Shown: positions 28,841 through 43,787, counted from the stretch's first letter. The stretch: DNA of 64,000 nt from Eledone cirrhosa (GCA_964016885.1 OZ024743.1:232066001-232130000); one strand, 5' to 3'. Program-made: numbers and translations. Notes: generated from the letters alone by a model not told the origin.

Positions 28841-29376
28841 TTCTAGAATCTGTCTCAGCTTTCGCCTAGCTAGTTTAAATTTTCCACACTCTGATGCTCG
28901 GTGTAAGACGAGATGCAATGTTTTTTTTTTTTTTCTTGAACACTAATATTTTTACCGGACTTGTCATATGTTATGGGATTTGTTGAACCCCTTAATGAAT
29001 AGAGAGTTTAACAATCTGTTAAATTCTCTGCTACTAGTATCAACTTACTCATCATATTCCCCACCACCAAAATAATTACTGTTATTTCTCTCATTTTTAT
29101 TTCTTCTACTACTTTCCCTCACTCTTTCTTTCACGTGTGTCTCATTGTCATTGTGATTATTTTTTAACACTGCGTCTGTATGTATCTCTGTCATACCTAC
29201 TTCGGCTAGTGAAAGATTTAGAAGATTTTGGTTCTTTGTTTTCGTGGTCGTCGTTGTTATTTATGTTGTCATTGGTCGGGATTGTCATTTATATTGTTAT
29301 TTTCAAAACTATTGCTGTTCATGTTATTGTGTTTAAATGTCTGTTGAATTCAGGGGTGATGTCGTTTAATTGTTTT

Positions 29377-29831
<455 letters not shown>

Positions 29832-29886
29832 CTTTCACTCGTGTAGGACACATCGGTTATTTTTCATTTTGTAAAAAAAACCTCAC

Positions 29887-29977
<91 letters not shown>

Positions 29978-30039
29978 CATGATGAATTCACTGGCCAACC
30001 TCACATGTGCGTTCATAACCTGTGAGATTCTGACGTACG

Positions 30040-30319
30040 AAGAGCAAAATGCCTGTTGAGAAAAGATTCCTTTTAGATCATTCAACGAAAAGCTTATTTT
30101 TTATAAGCAGACAGTATTATTGAATTAGTTGTTGCAGAAACCCAAATATCCAAGTATTCCATCTTCTCCGAGGGTCTGGGTAACTATTTCATTCTTATCT
30201 TATTTTGTTTGACCCGTTTAGCTCTGGTATCTTCATATCCATGGAGCGCTTGTCTGCACAATACAGAAGTTGCGTTTCGCCAATTTCTACACGCCGAAAT
30301 GCGATTCTCGCTAAATTTA

Positions 30320-30320
<1 letters not shown>
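30040..30320 (-). mobile_element. Unclassified (TA)n-anchored repeat family, diverged copy
   Basis: Terminus is the reverse complement of aaattagcgagaatcgcatttcggc; related to 34838-35410 and 62745-63735. Confidence 0.6.
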
Positions 30321-30368
<48 letters not shown>

Positions 30369-30486
30369 GAGCTTTTAATTAGAAAGTGAACAACACAATA
30401 TGTAACTACTCCATTACCAAAGGTTTCAGGACACTAGATAATATTAACATACGTCTTGTTCGCTCATCAGATAGAGGGGTTATCTA

Positions 30487-30590
<104 letters not shown>

Positions 30591-30715
30591 GAAGACGTAT
30601 ACATATCTCTACACGCGTAAAGACACAGTCATAGATATATATATACATACAGCGTGTCCAACTTATACTGATTTTGGTTATATATATATATACATATATA
30701 TATATACACATACAA

Positions 30716-30785
<70 letters not shown>

Positions 30786-31578
30786 ATGATTCAGTTTATG
30801 TATGCATATAAGCTGTAAGAATGCATACATATGTATATGTTCTAAGTTACTTTTTGAAACACTTCGAACAAACTAAAAAAATTGTATACCCTCAAGTAGT
30901 CGAATAATTATTGGGAAGATTCGCTGATTAGAAACATAATTCATTTAGTGTAATTATGTAAATAATTATCAAATGTTTTCGCAAAAAGTGTCCAAAAAAT
31001 ATTTTACTTGCACATTTAAGATCAACTCATATTATCCAGTATACATTCTTACTGAATCACCATTCAAAGAACAATTGAATATAGATGGCATATTTCTATA
31101 TCAATTCATTCGAAATATAGTATATTCATTAGATTTTAAGGGCTGACCCTGTAAAAATTGGGGGAGATGTTTCTGCCAAACTATGTATTTGATTTAGTTA
31201 GTAGTTTTCTATGAATTTAATAAGAACTAAACTTAACTACCAACGTGTGAACATGTAAATTGGTATATCTTTTCATAATTGATAAGCTATTGATTACGTA
31301 TTTCCATATAGCAGGTAGTGGTGTACACAAAAAGACCCTGCTAAAAGTCTAACATTGATTGAGGATAGTCAAACTAGAGATAAATGCGAAGAATTGACAT
31401 GATTACAAGTATATATATTCATGGTGTAGAAATGTACGCTAATTCACACAGTTTAGCATATATTAGTATATATGTGCAGATATTTATTTTCACAAACACA
31501 CACATATATGTATATATAAATATATAGACACACAAATAGATAATTAGATAGCTTAATAGATAGATAGATAGATAGATA

Positions 31579-34500
31579 AGTTTCTTTTATTTGCCACTAG
31601 GGCATCAAAAGTGGGACAAGTACAAAGGGGGGAGTTTACACAAAAAGGCGTCCTCAATAAGGAGGAGGCAATAACAAAATATAAAAATAAAATAAGATAT
31701 AACAAAAAATAAAATTTTTAACAAAATCCTCAATAGAGAGGAGGCGCCTTGGGGGGTCGCACACACCCCCGAAAAAAGTGTGCAACCCTTTTCCTCAGGA
31801 GCACAGAGAGGGGGTGCTCCCTCGTTCCTTCCTCTTTTCCACCTACAGGCTTATGTAAAGAGAAGGCCCATTCACACGGGCCATTCTCGCCACTTTCACC
31901 CACCTTTCATAAAAACGACTGGGGTGCAGCACCTCTCTCTCCATCCTGATCCTTCTTCCGAAATGATATCGGAAGAAACGGACCAGTTGTTGGCCAGAGA
32001 GAAAGGCGCCCGACCTCAGTCCTTTCAGACGCGTCCACCATACAACCTCTTTCGCCATGGCTATTACGCACAGAAACACCGCCTCTGCTTCATCTTTGAA
32101 GGGGGGAGGCGGCTTGATCATTACAATAGACTCGGTGGTCAACCGGATCGGTCCCACCCTTGACAGCAGTTGTTCGACATAGCCCCACAGATCGGCTACG
32201 CCCGAGCAGTGTACCAATGCGTGTGCAACGGTTTCCTCGTCGCACACGCATCTGGGACAGATCTTTTTGGCGGGGTCCCTACCCGGGCGCCCGTGTCTGT
32301 AGAGCCTTTCTCGAACGGGTAAAGCCCCTCGGTAGCACTGCCAGGCCAGGGACTTCTGGAAGTTGTCCATAGGTCCCGGGCTGAATGTCCTACCGAACAG
32401 GCTGGCCAGTTCGTCCTCCTCCATGTCTAGGGCTTCTCCGAGGGCGTCGTCGCACCTGCTGCGTACCAGCCCTCTATAGAATGTTGCGGTGGAGTCTCCA
32501 CTGATAACCGGATCCGCCTGCCAGAGGGCGGTGAGCGCCTGGGCACACTCAGTGTGCCAGGCGCCCAGTTTTCTCGGTCTCTGCTTGACCCAGGATTGCA
32601 GTTCGGTGAGTGAGACGAGTCTGGGAAAGGTTCGTCTCACAAACGGGGCCCACACCGGTTGTCCGGTGAGGAATACGTAGAGGTGCCGTAGCCTTAATGC
32701 GTGTTTACGCATCATTAGCCACGGCATCCCCAGCCCTCCTTTCGAAGGGTGTTGACAGCAGATGGATCTCCTCACCATAGGAGCCCGCCCCTTCCAAAGG
32801 AATTGGAAGAGCGCGCGCTCCATCTTGGTGAGGGTTTCCCTTGGGCAGGGCACTACGGTCAGGCGGTAGTAGATGACGGACGCTATATAAGTGTTCGCCA
32901 CCTCCGCCCGACCTTTCAGGGATAGTTTGCAACTGGCCCACTTCTGGGTCAGTGCAAACACCCTGTTCGTAACCTCCGCCCAGTTTTTCTCCACCTGGAG
33001 GTCCGGTCCGAACCAGACCCCGAGCAACTTCACCGGGCCCTCCGTCCAGCGTCCGACGACGCCATCGGAGGGCATCGGTCTGCCCCTCCACGTGCCGAGT
33101 TGCAAACCGATCGACTTGTCCCGGTTCAGCTTAGCCCCTGTGAACTTTTCGTACTCCTCCAGTAAGGTGCCGACCGCCTCGATTTCGGAGGCCGTCGACA
33201 CCATTACTGTCACATCATCGGCGTAGGCTGACACCGCTTTCCGCAATCCCGGTTCCAAAGGGATGCCCTGCAACAACTCCAACTTCCGCAGTAGTGGCTC
33301 GAGAGTCAACACATACAGAAGGGAGGAGAGAGGGCACCCTTGTCGGATGGACCGCGCGATTTTGAACGGCTCCGAGAGGTAGCCGTTCACCTTGACCCTA
33401 GAGCAGATGCGGCTGCTGTGCATAGCAGTGATCCAGCCCCTGAAAACGGGTCCGAAGCCTGCCGCCGCTAGCACCGCATCCAGGTAACCATGGTCGACCC
33501 TATCGAACGCCTTAGATTGATCCAAGTTGATCAGAGCCCCACCAAAGCCGGGTTCGTTCCCAACCCTCTCTATGATGTATCGCATGAGGTGGAGGTTGTC
33601 ATGGATGGACCTGGACGGGATAGCGCATGTCTGCGCATCTCCCACCAGGTTGCCCACGACAAGCGCCAACCTCTTTGCTAGCACCTTGGCCAAAATCTGT
33701 AACTCTGTATTTAGCAGAGTTATGGGCCTGAAGTTACTTATTTCGTCCCCCTTGTTCTCGTCCTTCCTCACTAGCGTGACTACGCCCTTGGTCACAGTAC
33801 AGGGAATTCTCCCGTTCTGTTGCCAGTTGCAGTAGACCGCCTCGAGGAGATCGGGGAACAAGTCCGGCATAGCTAGATATAATTCGTAAGGAAGACCATC
33901 GAGACCCGGGGATTTGCGTTTGCCGCATTGGCCCAGCACGTCCTCTATCTCAGCGGCCGAAAACGGCTCCTCGCAAGACTTCGCCTCCCTGTCCGAGAGG
34001 CGCGGCAGGCCGTCGAGGTATGGACCGAAGTCCACGTTTCCAACCGGCTCCCCGCCCCTCCCGAACAGTCGGGCAAAGTGCCTTTGAAAGGCCTCACACA
34101 TCTGCTTAGGCTCAAGAATCGCCCGTCCATCCAGGTCTCGCAAAGACCGGATGGTGGATTTAGTTCCACTGTTGGCCTCTGTCACGCGGGCCCAGCTAAC
34201 AGCTTTGGCCCCCTCGTTCCCTAGAGCACGTATTTTACTTCGGACAACGCAGCCTTCGTGCTTCGCGTCGAAAAACTGGCTCAAAGCCGTTCTCGACGCT
34301 AGCACTCTGGCCACGTCGCCGCTTCTAATTGCCTCTTCTACTCTATCTATTAGCTCCCTTTCCTTCCTATTCCTATCCGCAGCTAGAACCTTACTAAATT
34401 CAATCGAGACTACTATAATCTCTCTCTTTAGAGATACCCACCACCTGCTGTTGACGATCGCTCCAGTCAACCGTTCCTTAACTAACGTACTAATCCGATT

Positions 34501-34597
34501 CCTGTAGGCTCTACTTGCCGGCAAGGACAAGTTGAGCTTCCAGTAACCGGGGCCCTGTCTATGCGTTCTATCAAGGTTGACCATGCAGGTCACCAGA
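31579..34597 (-). mobile_element. Tx1/L1-clade LINE, 5'-truncated, between (GATA)n repeats
   Basis: Open ORF2 plus 3' UTR ending caaataaaagaaac; gata repeats at 31557-31578 and 34596-34606. Confidence 0.93.
31843..34593 (-). CDS. Tx1/L1 ORF2 reverse transcriptase (most of the APE endonuclease missing)
   Basis: KSPGLDGL, NFRPITLLN, DQSKAFDRV, IRQGCPLS, AYADDV, GGLG, CPRC..EETVAH..C; 916 codons open. Confidence 0.92.
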   Translation of the reverse strand: MTCMVNLDRTHRQGPGYWKLNLSLPASRAYRNRISTLVKERLTGAIVNSRWWVSLKREIIVVSIEFSKVLAADRNRKERELIDRVEEAIRSGDVARVLASRTALSQFFDAKHEGCVVRSKIRALGNEGAKAVSWARVTEANSGTKSTIRSLRDLDGRAILEPKQMCEAFQRHFARLFGRGGEPVGNVDFGPYLDGLPRLSDREAKSCEEPFSAAEIEDVLGQCGKRKSPGLDGLPYELYLAMPDLFPDLLEAVYCNWQQNGRIPCTVTKGVVTLVRKDENKGDEISNFRPITLLNTELQILAKVLAKRLALVVGNLVGDAQTCAIPSRSIHDNLHLMRYIIERVGNEPGFGGALINLDQSKAFDRVDHGYLDAVLAAAGFGPVFRGWITAMHSSRICSRVKVNGYLSEPFKIARSIRQGCPLSSLLYVLTLEPLLRKLELLQGIPLEPGLRKAVSAYADDVTVMVSTASEIEAVGTLLEEYEKFTGAKLNRDKSIGLQLGTWRGRPMPSDGVVGRWTEGPVKLLGVWFGPDLQVEKNWAEVTNRVFALTQKWASCKLSLKGRAEVANTYIASVIYYRLTVVPCPRETLTKMERALFQFLWKGRAPMVRRSICCQHPSKGGLGMPWLMMRKHALRLRHLYVFLTGQPVWAPFVRRTFPRLVSLTELQSWVKQRPRKLGAWHTECAQALTALWQADPVISGDSTATFYRGLVRSRCDDALGEALDMEEDELASLFGRTFSPGPMDNFQKSLAWQCYRGALPVRERLYRHGRPGRDPAKKICPRCVCDEETVAHALVHCSGVADLWGYVEQLLSRVGPIRLTTESIVMIKPPPPFKDEAEAVFLCVIAMAKEVVWWTRLKGLRSGAFLSGQQLVRFFRYHFGRRIRMEREVLHPSRFYERWVKVARMARVNGPSLYISL

Positions 34598-34792
34598 TAG
34601 ATAGATGCATTATATATATATATATATATATATGGGAAAATGTGTGAGATCCTTGGTACAGTTAGGTATATTTGAAAAAAAGGAAAAGAATGACTTCACT
34701 TGTATTAAAAAATGTTTGATTTAATTTTATAATATAAAATTAAATCATACATTTTTTATCATTACAAGTAAAGTCATGCTTTTCCATTTTTT

Positions 34793-34837
<45 letters not shown>

Positions 34838-34838
<1 letters not shown>

Positions 34839-35410
34839 AATAAATTATCGGGAATCGGAACTTCGGCCCACGAAATAACGAAACACAATCTTCGAAATGT
34901 GCGGCAAAGTGCTCAATAGTTCGGATAAACCAGAGCTATAACTAACGTTTAATACCAACACACTGAGACGATGCTTAAACAATCATTCGCACAGCCAAAA
35001 ATACGACCAAGAAAATTCGAGTCAGACAAATAAAAATATATATGAATGAAAAATTTACCCGGAACCCCTGGAAAGATGGTAAATTCCAGGATTTGGGTTT
35101 CTGCGGCTCCTAAATCAGTTACCGTCAACCTACATAAAAAATATCCGGCTTCTGGTAAGATGATGAACAAGGAAGTCACTTTTTCAACAGGCGTTTAGTT
35201 CAATAATACAAGGGAAGACCGTTACTAAATCCACGTGGGGACCAGCAAGGGAGGGAACTTCTATATTAGGCGAATGAATTCAGTTGTGTATATTATTGTA
35301 AGAATACAAAATATCACAAATCGAATTAGAGTTCTCAACAGACGGTTTAAAATTATTCATCAGTCAATAGGATCAACTAAAAAAATCAATAAAATTAACT
35401 GTTTTCGGTG
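34838..35410 (+). mobile_element. Unclassified (TA)n-anchored repeat family
   Basis: Colinear similarity over ~550 bp with 63045-63600. Confidence 0.7.
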
Positions 35411-35959
35411 TTTTTTCTTTTCACCTTCTTTTCCCTTTTCCCTTCTACCCCCCCCCCCCCCTCCTGCGTTTTCCCAATAACTTACGAAATATTACGTTAA
35501 AATATCCGAGACCCCCAGTAGACAACATATGAGCACCCCCCCCCCGTTCTTGCTCTTTTCTTATTCATCTTATTATTTTTAAGCCTACATTAACTAGCAA
35601 CTACACAGCCAATCCTATTCTCCACACACACACACACACAGACACACACACGTATATATATATATATATATACACATAGAATGTGTATATATATATAAAG
35701 TTTGCGGTGAGGAGACGAAGACGACTACATGTTTGGAGAGTACTCTATGCATGGGAAGAAACAGAGTCTTTATAAAGGCACCCACAATCTTGAAAAGGTT
35801 TGCCGAATACAAGCCCAAGTTGCCAGGCATCGCGATTTTGCGATTTTGTTTTTACTCTCCATATATATATAAACCTAGCTGATCATCCGTTTGAGGTGAA
35901 ACAAATCGTTCTCGAATATGGTGTATTAACTATATATATTTATATATATATATATATAC

Positions 35960-36077
<118 letters not shown>

Positions 36078-36450
36078 GTGCGTGCGTATGTGTGTGTTTG
36101 CGTATACTTGTATGATTTGCACGGCCCTATGATTATAGCTATTCATTGTTGCTTTTTTTATATTGAACTGGTTTCTCAAAATTTTCGCATATGCATCATA
36201 TCCATATTCTGCATTAATTAGCCAGCATAGTGTGTATACGCAGATACATAAGCTCACACACACGCACATAACCACACATGAGTACAAGCATGGACACACA
36301 GATGTGTGTATATATTTGTGTGTGTATGTGTGCAAGTGTCTGTATGTATGTGGGTGTTTGGAAATTTTACTGCTGCGATATTATGAAGACAAACAGGAAA
36401 CTAATTCGTTACTGACATTTATATCATGCGAAAATAAATGAATTGCCAAT

Positions 36451-36499
<49 letters not shown>

Positions 36500-37314
36500 T
36501 AGCCAGTTATTCCGTCGATAAGAGACATATGAAGACAATGACAAACTCAACTGTATAAGAGAATGCAGCTTGCACCGAAATATTCAAGCACACATGTAGA
36601 TCTGCTGAAGCAATGTTCCCACAGAATAATGGCTTCACTATATCTTAGAGCCATCGTTACTCATATGTTTGAAACCTGGAGAGAAAGAAGAACAACAACA
36701 ATAACAACAAAACTAACAACACCAACAGCAATAACTGCATACCGAGAGCTAATTGAGGATTGAACTGCAAGAATACAGCTGCTCGGACTTCTCCGTTGAA
36801 TTGTATAATACAAGCTTTAAAATTATTTGAAGAGCATATTTATTAATGCAGCTCTGCTTTCTGTATATCTAGAAAGTATGATTTTGCATAACATATATCG
36901 AAATATCATAATGATAACTCAGCTTTTGCTCAGGAGACGTACTTGCTCAACAATTTATGTATATTTTTAAATGTGTCTGAAGATACAAATGAGACGTAGA
37001 AAATGTGTGTAAAGGTAAGGTTTTGGTTATATGCTAGGATCCTAACATATAGATCGAATTCTATATGCTGGAATGTAGCTTATTTTTTTTTTTAAATCCA
37101 ATAAGCATATTTATCGTATTTCATTTGTTGAACTACACGTAAGACAAATAAAAATGTCTTAAATTCCCTCTGAATTCCAGTATTTGTTCTTCAAATGCTC
37201 TGTGTCCTAGCACTCATAGAATATCATTGATGTATTAAACCAATGTATCTGTTCGTTCTATTTCCTAATGGTAGAGACACATTGAGGTTGAAAGTTCTTG
37301 GCATAACTTTAACA

Positions 37315-37452
37315 AGTTCTCTGGAATGGCTTTTCCAGCGCGTCTCCCTTGCCGTCCTCCGGGAAAACGCCTTCTCCATTCTGTCTGCCGAGGCTGTGGT
37401 GAGGCCACCAATATGTTTACTGACTTGCCATTTTATCAGTCACATGTTCTAA
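37315..37452 (+). mobile_element. CRE-like RLE retrotransposon, extreme 3' fragment
   Basis: WLFQRVSLAVLRENAFSIL resembles the QRxSxAxxRGNA C-terminal motif; followed by (TA)n. Confidence 0.55.
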
Positions 37453-37454
37453 TG

Positions 37455-37528
<74 letters not shown>

Positions 37529-37697
37529 TTACATGAAAAAAAGTTCTGTTTAAATCATTTATCTGCTTACAATTGTTTCTTCCAGACCGAGGTCATAAGA
37601 TAGTAATAAATTACTGTCTTTCACTATTTAGGGTATAATATATATATATAACTATAAAAGGTTTTAGTATATACATAACCATAAATAGTATCCTTAA

Positions 37698-37740
<43 letters not shown>

Positions 37741-37743
<3 letters not shown>

Positions 37744-38466
37744 TATGTTGTTCACTTGTCCCCCTCGCTTTACGCGATTACTGGTCCCAATAACTTTTTT
37801 TAGCTTATTGCTCGCACCAACCTGAGGTAGCTGATTTTTAATGCGATGAAATACCAATGATGGTTGGCAAATCACTGACGAAGGACTATTTTTATCATAT
37901 GTAACCAATGTGCAAACCACGCAGTATTCTTCTTTCTTCTCATGTTTTTTATATATATATTTACCTCGGCTGCGTTTGTCTGTTTCTCTCTTACTGCTAC
38001 TTCGTCTCTCTGTTTCTCTCACCTTCTTTCGTCCCCTCTGTCAGTTACACTTTCTCTCGACTGACCGCTTACTCGTACTTCCACCCACTCACTCTCTGTT
38101 TCTCCCCTTTTCACTTCATCCCGTTTGGCTAATAGTGGGCCTTTTCTTGCTTACATCTCACTCACGTCGGACGTCTGTACTATTCGCTCATGAAATCCAC
38201 CCAGCTTATGTTGACCAGGACTACCATGTTGCTTGTTTATTTCCTTTCTTTGGTTTGTTTTTATCCTTCTATGTTGTTCACTTGTCCCTCTCGCTTTACG
38301 CGATTACTGGTCCCAATAACTTTTTTAGCTTATTGCTCGCACCAACCTGAGCTATCTGATTTTTAATGGGATGAAATACCAATGATGGTTGGCAAATCAC
38401 TGACGAAGGACTATTTTTATCATATGTAACCCATGTGCAAACCACGCAGTATTCTTCTTTCTTCTC

Positions 38467-38472
<6 letters not shown>
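37741..38472 (+). repeat. Partial tandem repeat (period 526 bp, ~1.4 units) between (TA)n tracts; pLTR-like
   Basis: 37741-37950 repeated at 38267-38472. Confidence 0.8.
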
Positions 38473-38505
<33 letters not shown>

Positions 38506-38702
38506 CGTTTCTGAATTTGTTTAGCAAGATTCTTTATCTGAAAACGTGTGTTGAAACCGATATTGTTATACTTTGGGAGGGTCATGTTGCCAATAAGAAA
38601 CACACGCACCAGTTGCTTTTACTTCAATTTATTATAAATTTAGGAATTTATAAATTTCCGGTTGGTTGGTTGGTTCCACAACCAGACGATTGTTCATATA
38701 TT

Positions 38703-38745
38703 GTCAAAGTTCTTTCGTCACACATTATGTGACCTCTTCAGTGAC
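38703..38745 (-). ncRNA. Minimal hammerhead
   Basis: guca-CUGAAGA-g gucaca uaaug ugugac-GAAAG AA CUU-ugac. Confidence 0.65.
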
Positions 38746-39039
38746 TGGGGATTCTTTCCTTTGTTTTTGTGCCTCTCCTTTGTTCTGTCCTACGCCATCT
38801 TGTTTTTGTGTGTGAACACACACAAAAACAAGATGGCGTGGGACAGAACAAACCTTCAATACTGGAGTCTCTGTTTTATATAATGCTTGCAAATACTTCT
38901 GTCTCTGCTTGCAAACAGACTACACTGTATATTTACAAAATCATACAAACGAAATTCAATGTGATTCGAATCTTCCTTTTTATAAGATTGCTTTCGAAGG
39001 CGCAGGGCTTAATGGTTAGGATGACAATTGTTGGCTATT

Positions 39040-39262
39040 AGATCTGTTCCTGTGGCACGCTGTGTGCTTGAATATAAGATTTTACTAAACGTTGCTCAGC
39101 TGATTTAAACAAATTCATGTGTTATGCGGAATCCTCCTGAGAATTATGTTAAAAGTACACATGTTTATCGAATGCTCAGTCACTTGCACATTAATTTCAC
39201 AAGTGAGAAGTTCAGTTGATCGAACAAATGGAACACATGTCATCGAAATCGATGGAAGTCCA
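39040..39262 (+). mobile_element. Diverged copy of second SINE family
   Basis: cacttgcacattaatttcacaag..gttgatcg matches 55300-55345. Confidence 0.55.
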
Positions 39263-39663
39263 CCACATACAAGATTATTTTCCTGTTTGTTTTGAGATTG
39301 TTTTCGTTGTCGGTGACTGTTACTGTCGGTCGTTGTGGCGGTGCTGCTGCTGTTGGTGGTGTTAATGTTAAGGCTTGTGTTGTTGTTGGTGGTGGTGGTT
39401 TTCATGTTTTGGCTTGTGTTGTGTGGGGGACTGGGTTGGGCTGAGGATGGACAACGGAAATAATAATAGATTCAGACAAGATGTATTCGTCGGAATCCAT
39501 TTTATTTCGAATCAGATTTTCTTTTGAGCATTTCACCTCTCGACTATACACTTAGGTTTTATTTTATTTTCGTTCTATCATTTTATGTTATATTATTTTT
39601 CGCCTTCTCAATCATTGTATATTATTTACTTAGTAGCTTACCACTCTGTTAGTTTTTACTTGC

Positions 39664-40562
<899 letters not shown>

Positions 40563-40619
40563 GTTGGTCTTTCTCTAGCGTTACGTTTACTGAAACTCAC
40601 ACAAACAACCAATGAATCG

Positions 40620-41320
40620 TCTTAGAGCGATACTTATCAGCTAAATGATGACTACGATTTCATTTTCGTTTACCAAATTCAAGTTAGATCATGACACGGT
40701 CTCCTCTGGCATACCTTACAAATCCCATTTTATCAACCCAAATTTGTTCAAATGTAGGATTGCCGGTATCCTTTGACAAATAATATTTCGCAAGAAATAC
40801 GGAACAAATGATTGAAGAGAGAAGATTGTGTTGCTGTTTAAACCAAGGCTAGATTGGATTGAGTAGACCTATTATCAAAGGCATTTTAGTGGTGACTATT
40901 CTAATATTTCCTTTCAGATATAGTGTACCACGTAGTTTTAATATGTATTTCCCTGTTTGTATGATAATAATGAGTGATTTGATTGGGATTCTACTCAACA
41001 TTATAGAAATAGGGAACAAATACTTGGGCTCTATACCACTGAGATTTGGAGAAAGACTATATTTCATTTGGAGAAAGATTATATTTCATATATTATATTT
41101 CTTCGTAGAGTTTATGATACATATTTGACTTAAATTTGTTCTCAGCTTTAGGAAAACATAATGGATTTCCAGTTTGAATAGAGGGATGATGCGAGAGAAT
41201 TCTGATTAAAACCTGTATCCGACCGATTTACTGCCTTCACATATTGTATCTCTTCCTGCATAGATGTAATTTTAAAGAGATTCTGTACATTGCAGCTGCT
41301 ACATGAGAGGTTTTGTTGAT
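40620..41320 (-). mobile_element. Possible very old L1/Tx1 ORF2 C-terminal relic
   Basis: Broken frames give RDTICE and LNKFGLIK..EETV; weak. Confidence 0.3.
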
Positions 41321-41702
41321 CATTTATTGGTTATAATATATGTATCAATTTAAACAGCATGAATTTTATATTTGTTCGCGGGTATCTATTCTATTCCAGT
41401 GAACAGATAGAGCAATTAAGAAATAAACAGAATCAAATTCTCTGAGAAGTAGCCATCCATATCTGACCAGTCTGGCACTTGTTTATGGGTAGAGACATTA
41501 CGCAATTACATGTCTCTTATTTGACTCTTCACCTCAAAAGCTTCAGACTCAATTAGAAGACAAACTTGAACCAGATGTTAGTTAAATCTTGGTCTGCTTC
41601 CATATTTCAGTATTGAAACAAAACTTACATATTCGCCCTCCAGAGGTTGACGAAGAAAGGCACCCGCAGAAATATTCCACACTACAGCTGAATAGGCACA
41701 GA

Positions 41703-41805
41703 CAGGGCGGTGTGGTTAAGAAGATCACTTCGCAACAATGGAGTTCTGGGTTCTGAGTTCAGTCACGCTGCGTTGCACACTTTGCTAGAGTCTTCTATTC
41801 TAGAG
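41703..41805 (+). mobile_element. SINE tRNA-like head
   Basis: ggcggtgtggttaagaag..gggttc A/B-box-like elements. Confidence 0.5.
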
Positions 41806-41864
41806 TCAGTTTAACATATGCGTCATGAGGAAAATTGGTAGACGGGCGGAACTGCAGAATGCCA

Positions 41865-41954
<90 letters not shown>

Positions 41955-42647
41955 GTATAAACATGGGGGTGCCTATGTTTACATTTGTGTTTGTGCTTTT
42001 GTTTATGTCTCGTAACTTAGTTGTTCTTTGAAAAGAGATCGATGATATAGATACTAGATTTGAAAAGAAGTATTGATACCAATATGAGCGATGCAATGCA
42101 GGTGCTGACACTGAAAGGACATAGTTCAATGAGGGAAATAAATAGCAGAAGGGAAAGTATTTTGAACGCATATGGGTAAGTGTTGGGTTTTAGTCACAAA
42201 TTCAAATACAAATAGATTGATTCATAATATTCTACTATAACCAGTAAGCTTCGTGGTTGCTCCATCATATATGTTATCAATAGGGGTATATGTATCTAAC
42301 AGGATGCAATATAATTTCAAAGTGCATAATTCTAGCAAGTATATTTACACAAACTTACTGTTCCAAATCATAAATGGCAATTATTTTTGTTGTTAGAGGG
42401 CTTACTAAAAGAATGTGCAAAAGGAAGTAATAACCATGGTAGTATGAACAACAAAAGAAGCAAAAACAAAATCAAGACGTCAATAATAAAGACTTTGGGA
42501 AGCCCTTAGGGAAACTACTGTTGTGAAAAATAAGGAAAACCATGATATATAGTACAAGAATTTAGAAAGCTGGACAAATAGACAAAAGATATCAATAAAA
42601 CAAACACACAGAGACACACACATATATATATATGTATATATGTACAC

Positions 42648-42733
<86 letters not shown>

Positions 42734-42734
<1 letters not shown>

Positions 42735-43704
42735 GAGGAGTGATGTCGATAGACTCTACCTGAGGAGATCTGAGGGTGGAAGAGGTCTTATCAGCATAGA
42801 GGACTGTGTTCAGATGGAGAAAAACAACCTATACAAATACGTGACCTATAGTAATGAGCCAATGCTCAGAACTGTACTGAAGGAGGGGACAGTAGGCCAG
42901 GGGATGTCCAAGGAGGAAATAACATCAAGGAGGAAGAGCAGCCTTAAGGGAAAATCCCTTCATAGTACCTTCTTTGAGAAAACTGAATTTAGAGACCCAC
43001 AGACATGGAACTGGTTGAGAAGAGGAGACCTCAAAAAGGCTACAGAAGGAATGCTAATGGCTGCGCAGGAGCAGGCCCTCAAAACGAAGTGGTTGAAGCA
43101 CCATATTTACAAGGAGGAGGCTAGCCCACTGTGCAGGATCTGTGGAGAGAGAGAGGAGACTGTGGCTCACATTGTGTCCGAGTGTAAACACCTAGCCCAG
43201 ACCCACTATAAGGGCTGGAGACACGATGTGATGGGCAGGGTGATCCACTGGCACCTGTGCAAAGTAAACAATTTACCACATTCTGAGAAATGGTATGAGC
43301 ATAGGCCAGAGTCGGTGATGGAGAACAATCAGGTGAAGGTGCTGTGGGATTTTAGGATACAGACGGACAAAAAATTGGAACACAATAGACCTGACCTGGT
43401 GGTTGTGGACAAAGAAAAAAGATCGTGTCTGATTGTGGATGTGGCCTGCCCGTTCGACACGAGAGTGCAAGAGAAGGAGAGGGAGAAAATTAACCGATAC
43501 CAGGACCTAAAGTGGGAGGTGAAAAGGATTTGGAACTGCCATGAAGTCAAAGTGATCCCGATTGTCATAGGCGCACTGGGGACTATCTCCAAAAGTTTCC
43601 AGGGATGGTTAAAGAAAATCGGCCCCTTCACGCTTTTTGGAACGCTTCAAAAGGCATGCTTGCTTGGAACAGCAAGAACCCTCCGATACGTCCTGAATAT
43701 CTGA
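42734..43704 (+). CDS. Open C-terminal fragment: GGRGL, CCHC knuckle and restriction-like endonuclease
   Basis: CRICGEREETVAHIVSEC; RHD; RPDLVVVD..IVDVACP..EKINRY; the called start and poly-Asn come from the microsatellite. Confidence 0.85.
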
Positions 43705-43778
43705 GGCTGCAGGTAGTGGCTTGATATTCATCCCAACGGACTTTCCAGTTAACCAACATCAATGACTGAGATTCAAGG
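42734..43778 (+). mobile_element. R4/Dong-like LINE, young 5'-truncated copy inside (AAT)n
   Basis: (AAT)n at 42651-42733 and 43788-43829; same family as 4163-7712. Confidence 0.93.
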
Positions 43779-43787
43779 AATAATTAC

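Noticed and set aside
35355-35370. Minus-strand CTGATGA in the unclassified family (also ~63555)
   Set aside because: Could not find matching GAAA, stem III and stem I
42640-42733. Poly-Asn N-terminus of the 354-aa ORF
   Set aside because: It is the (AAT)n target tract, in frame by chance
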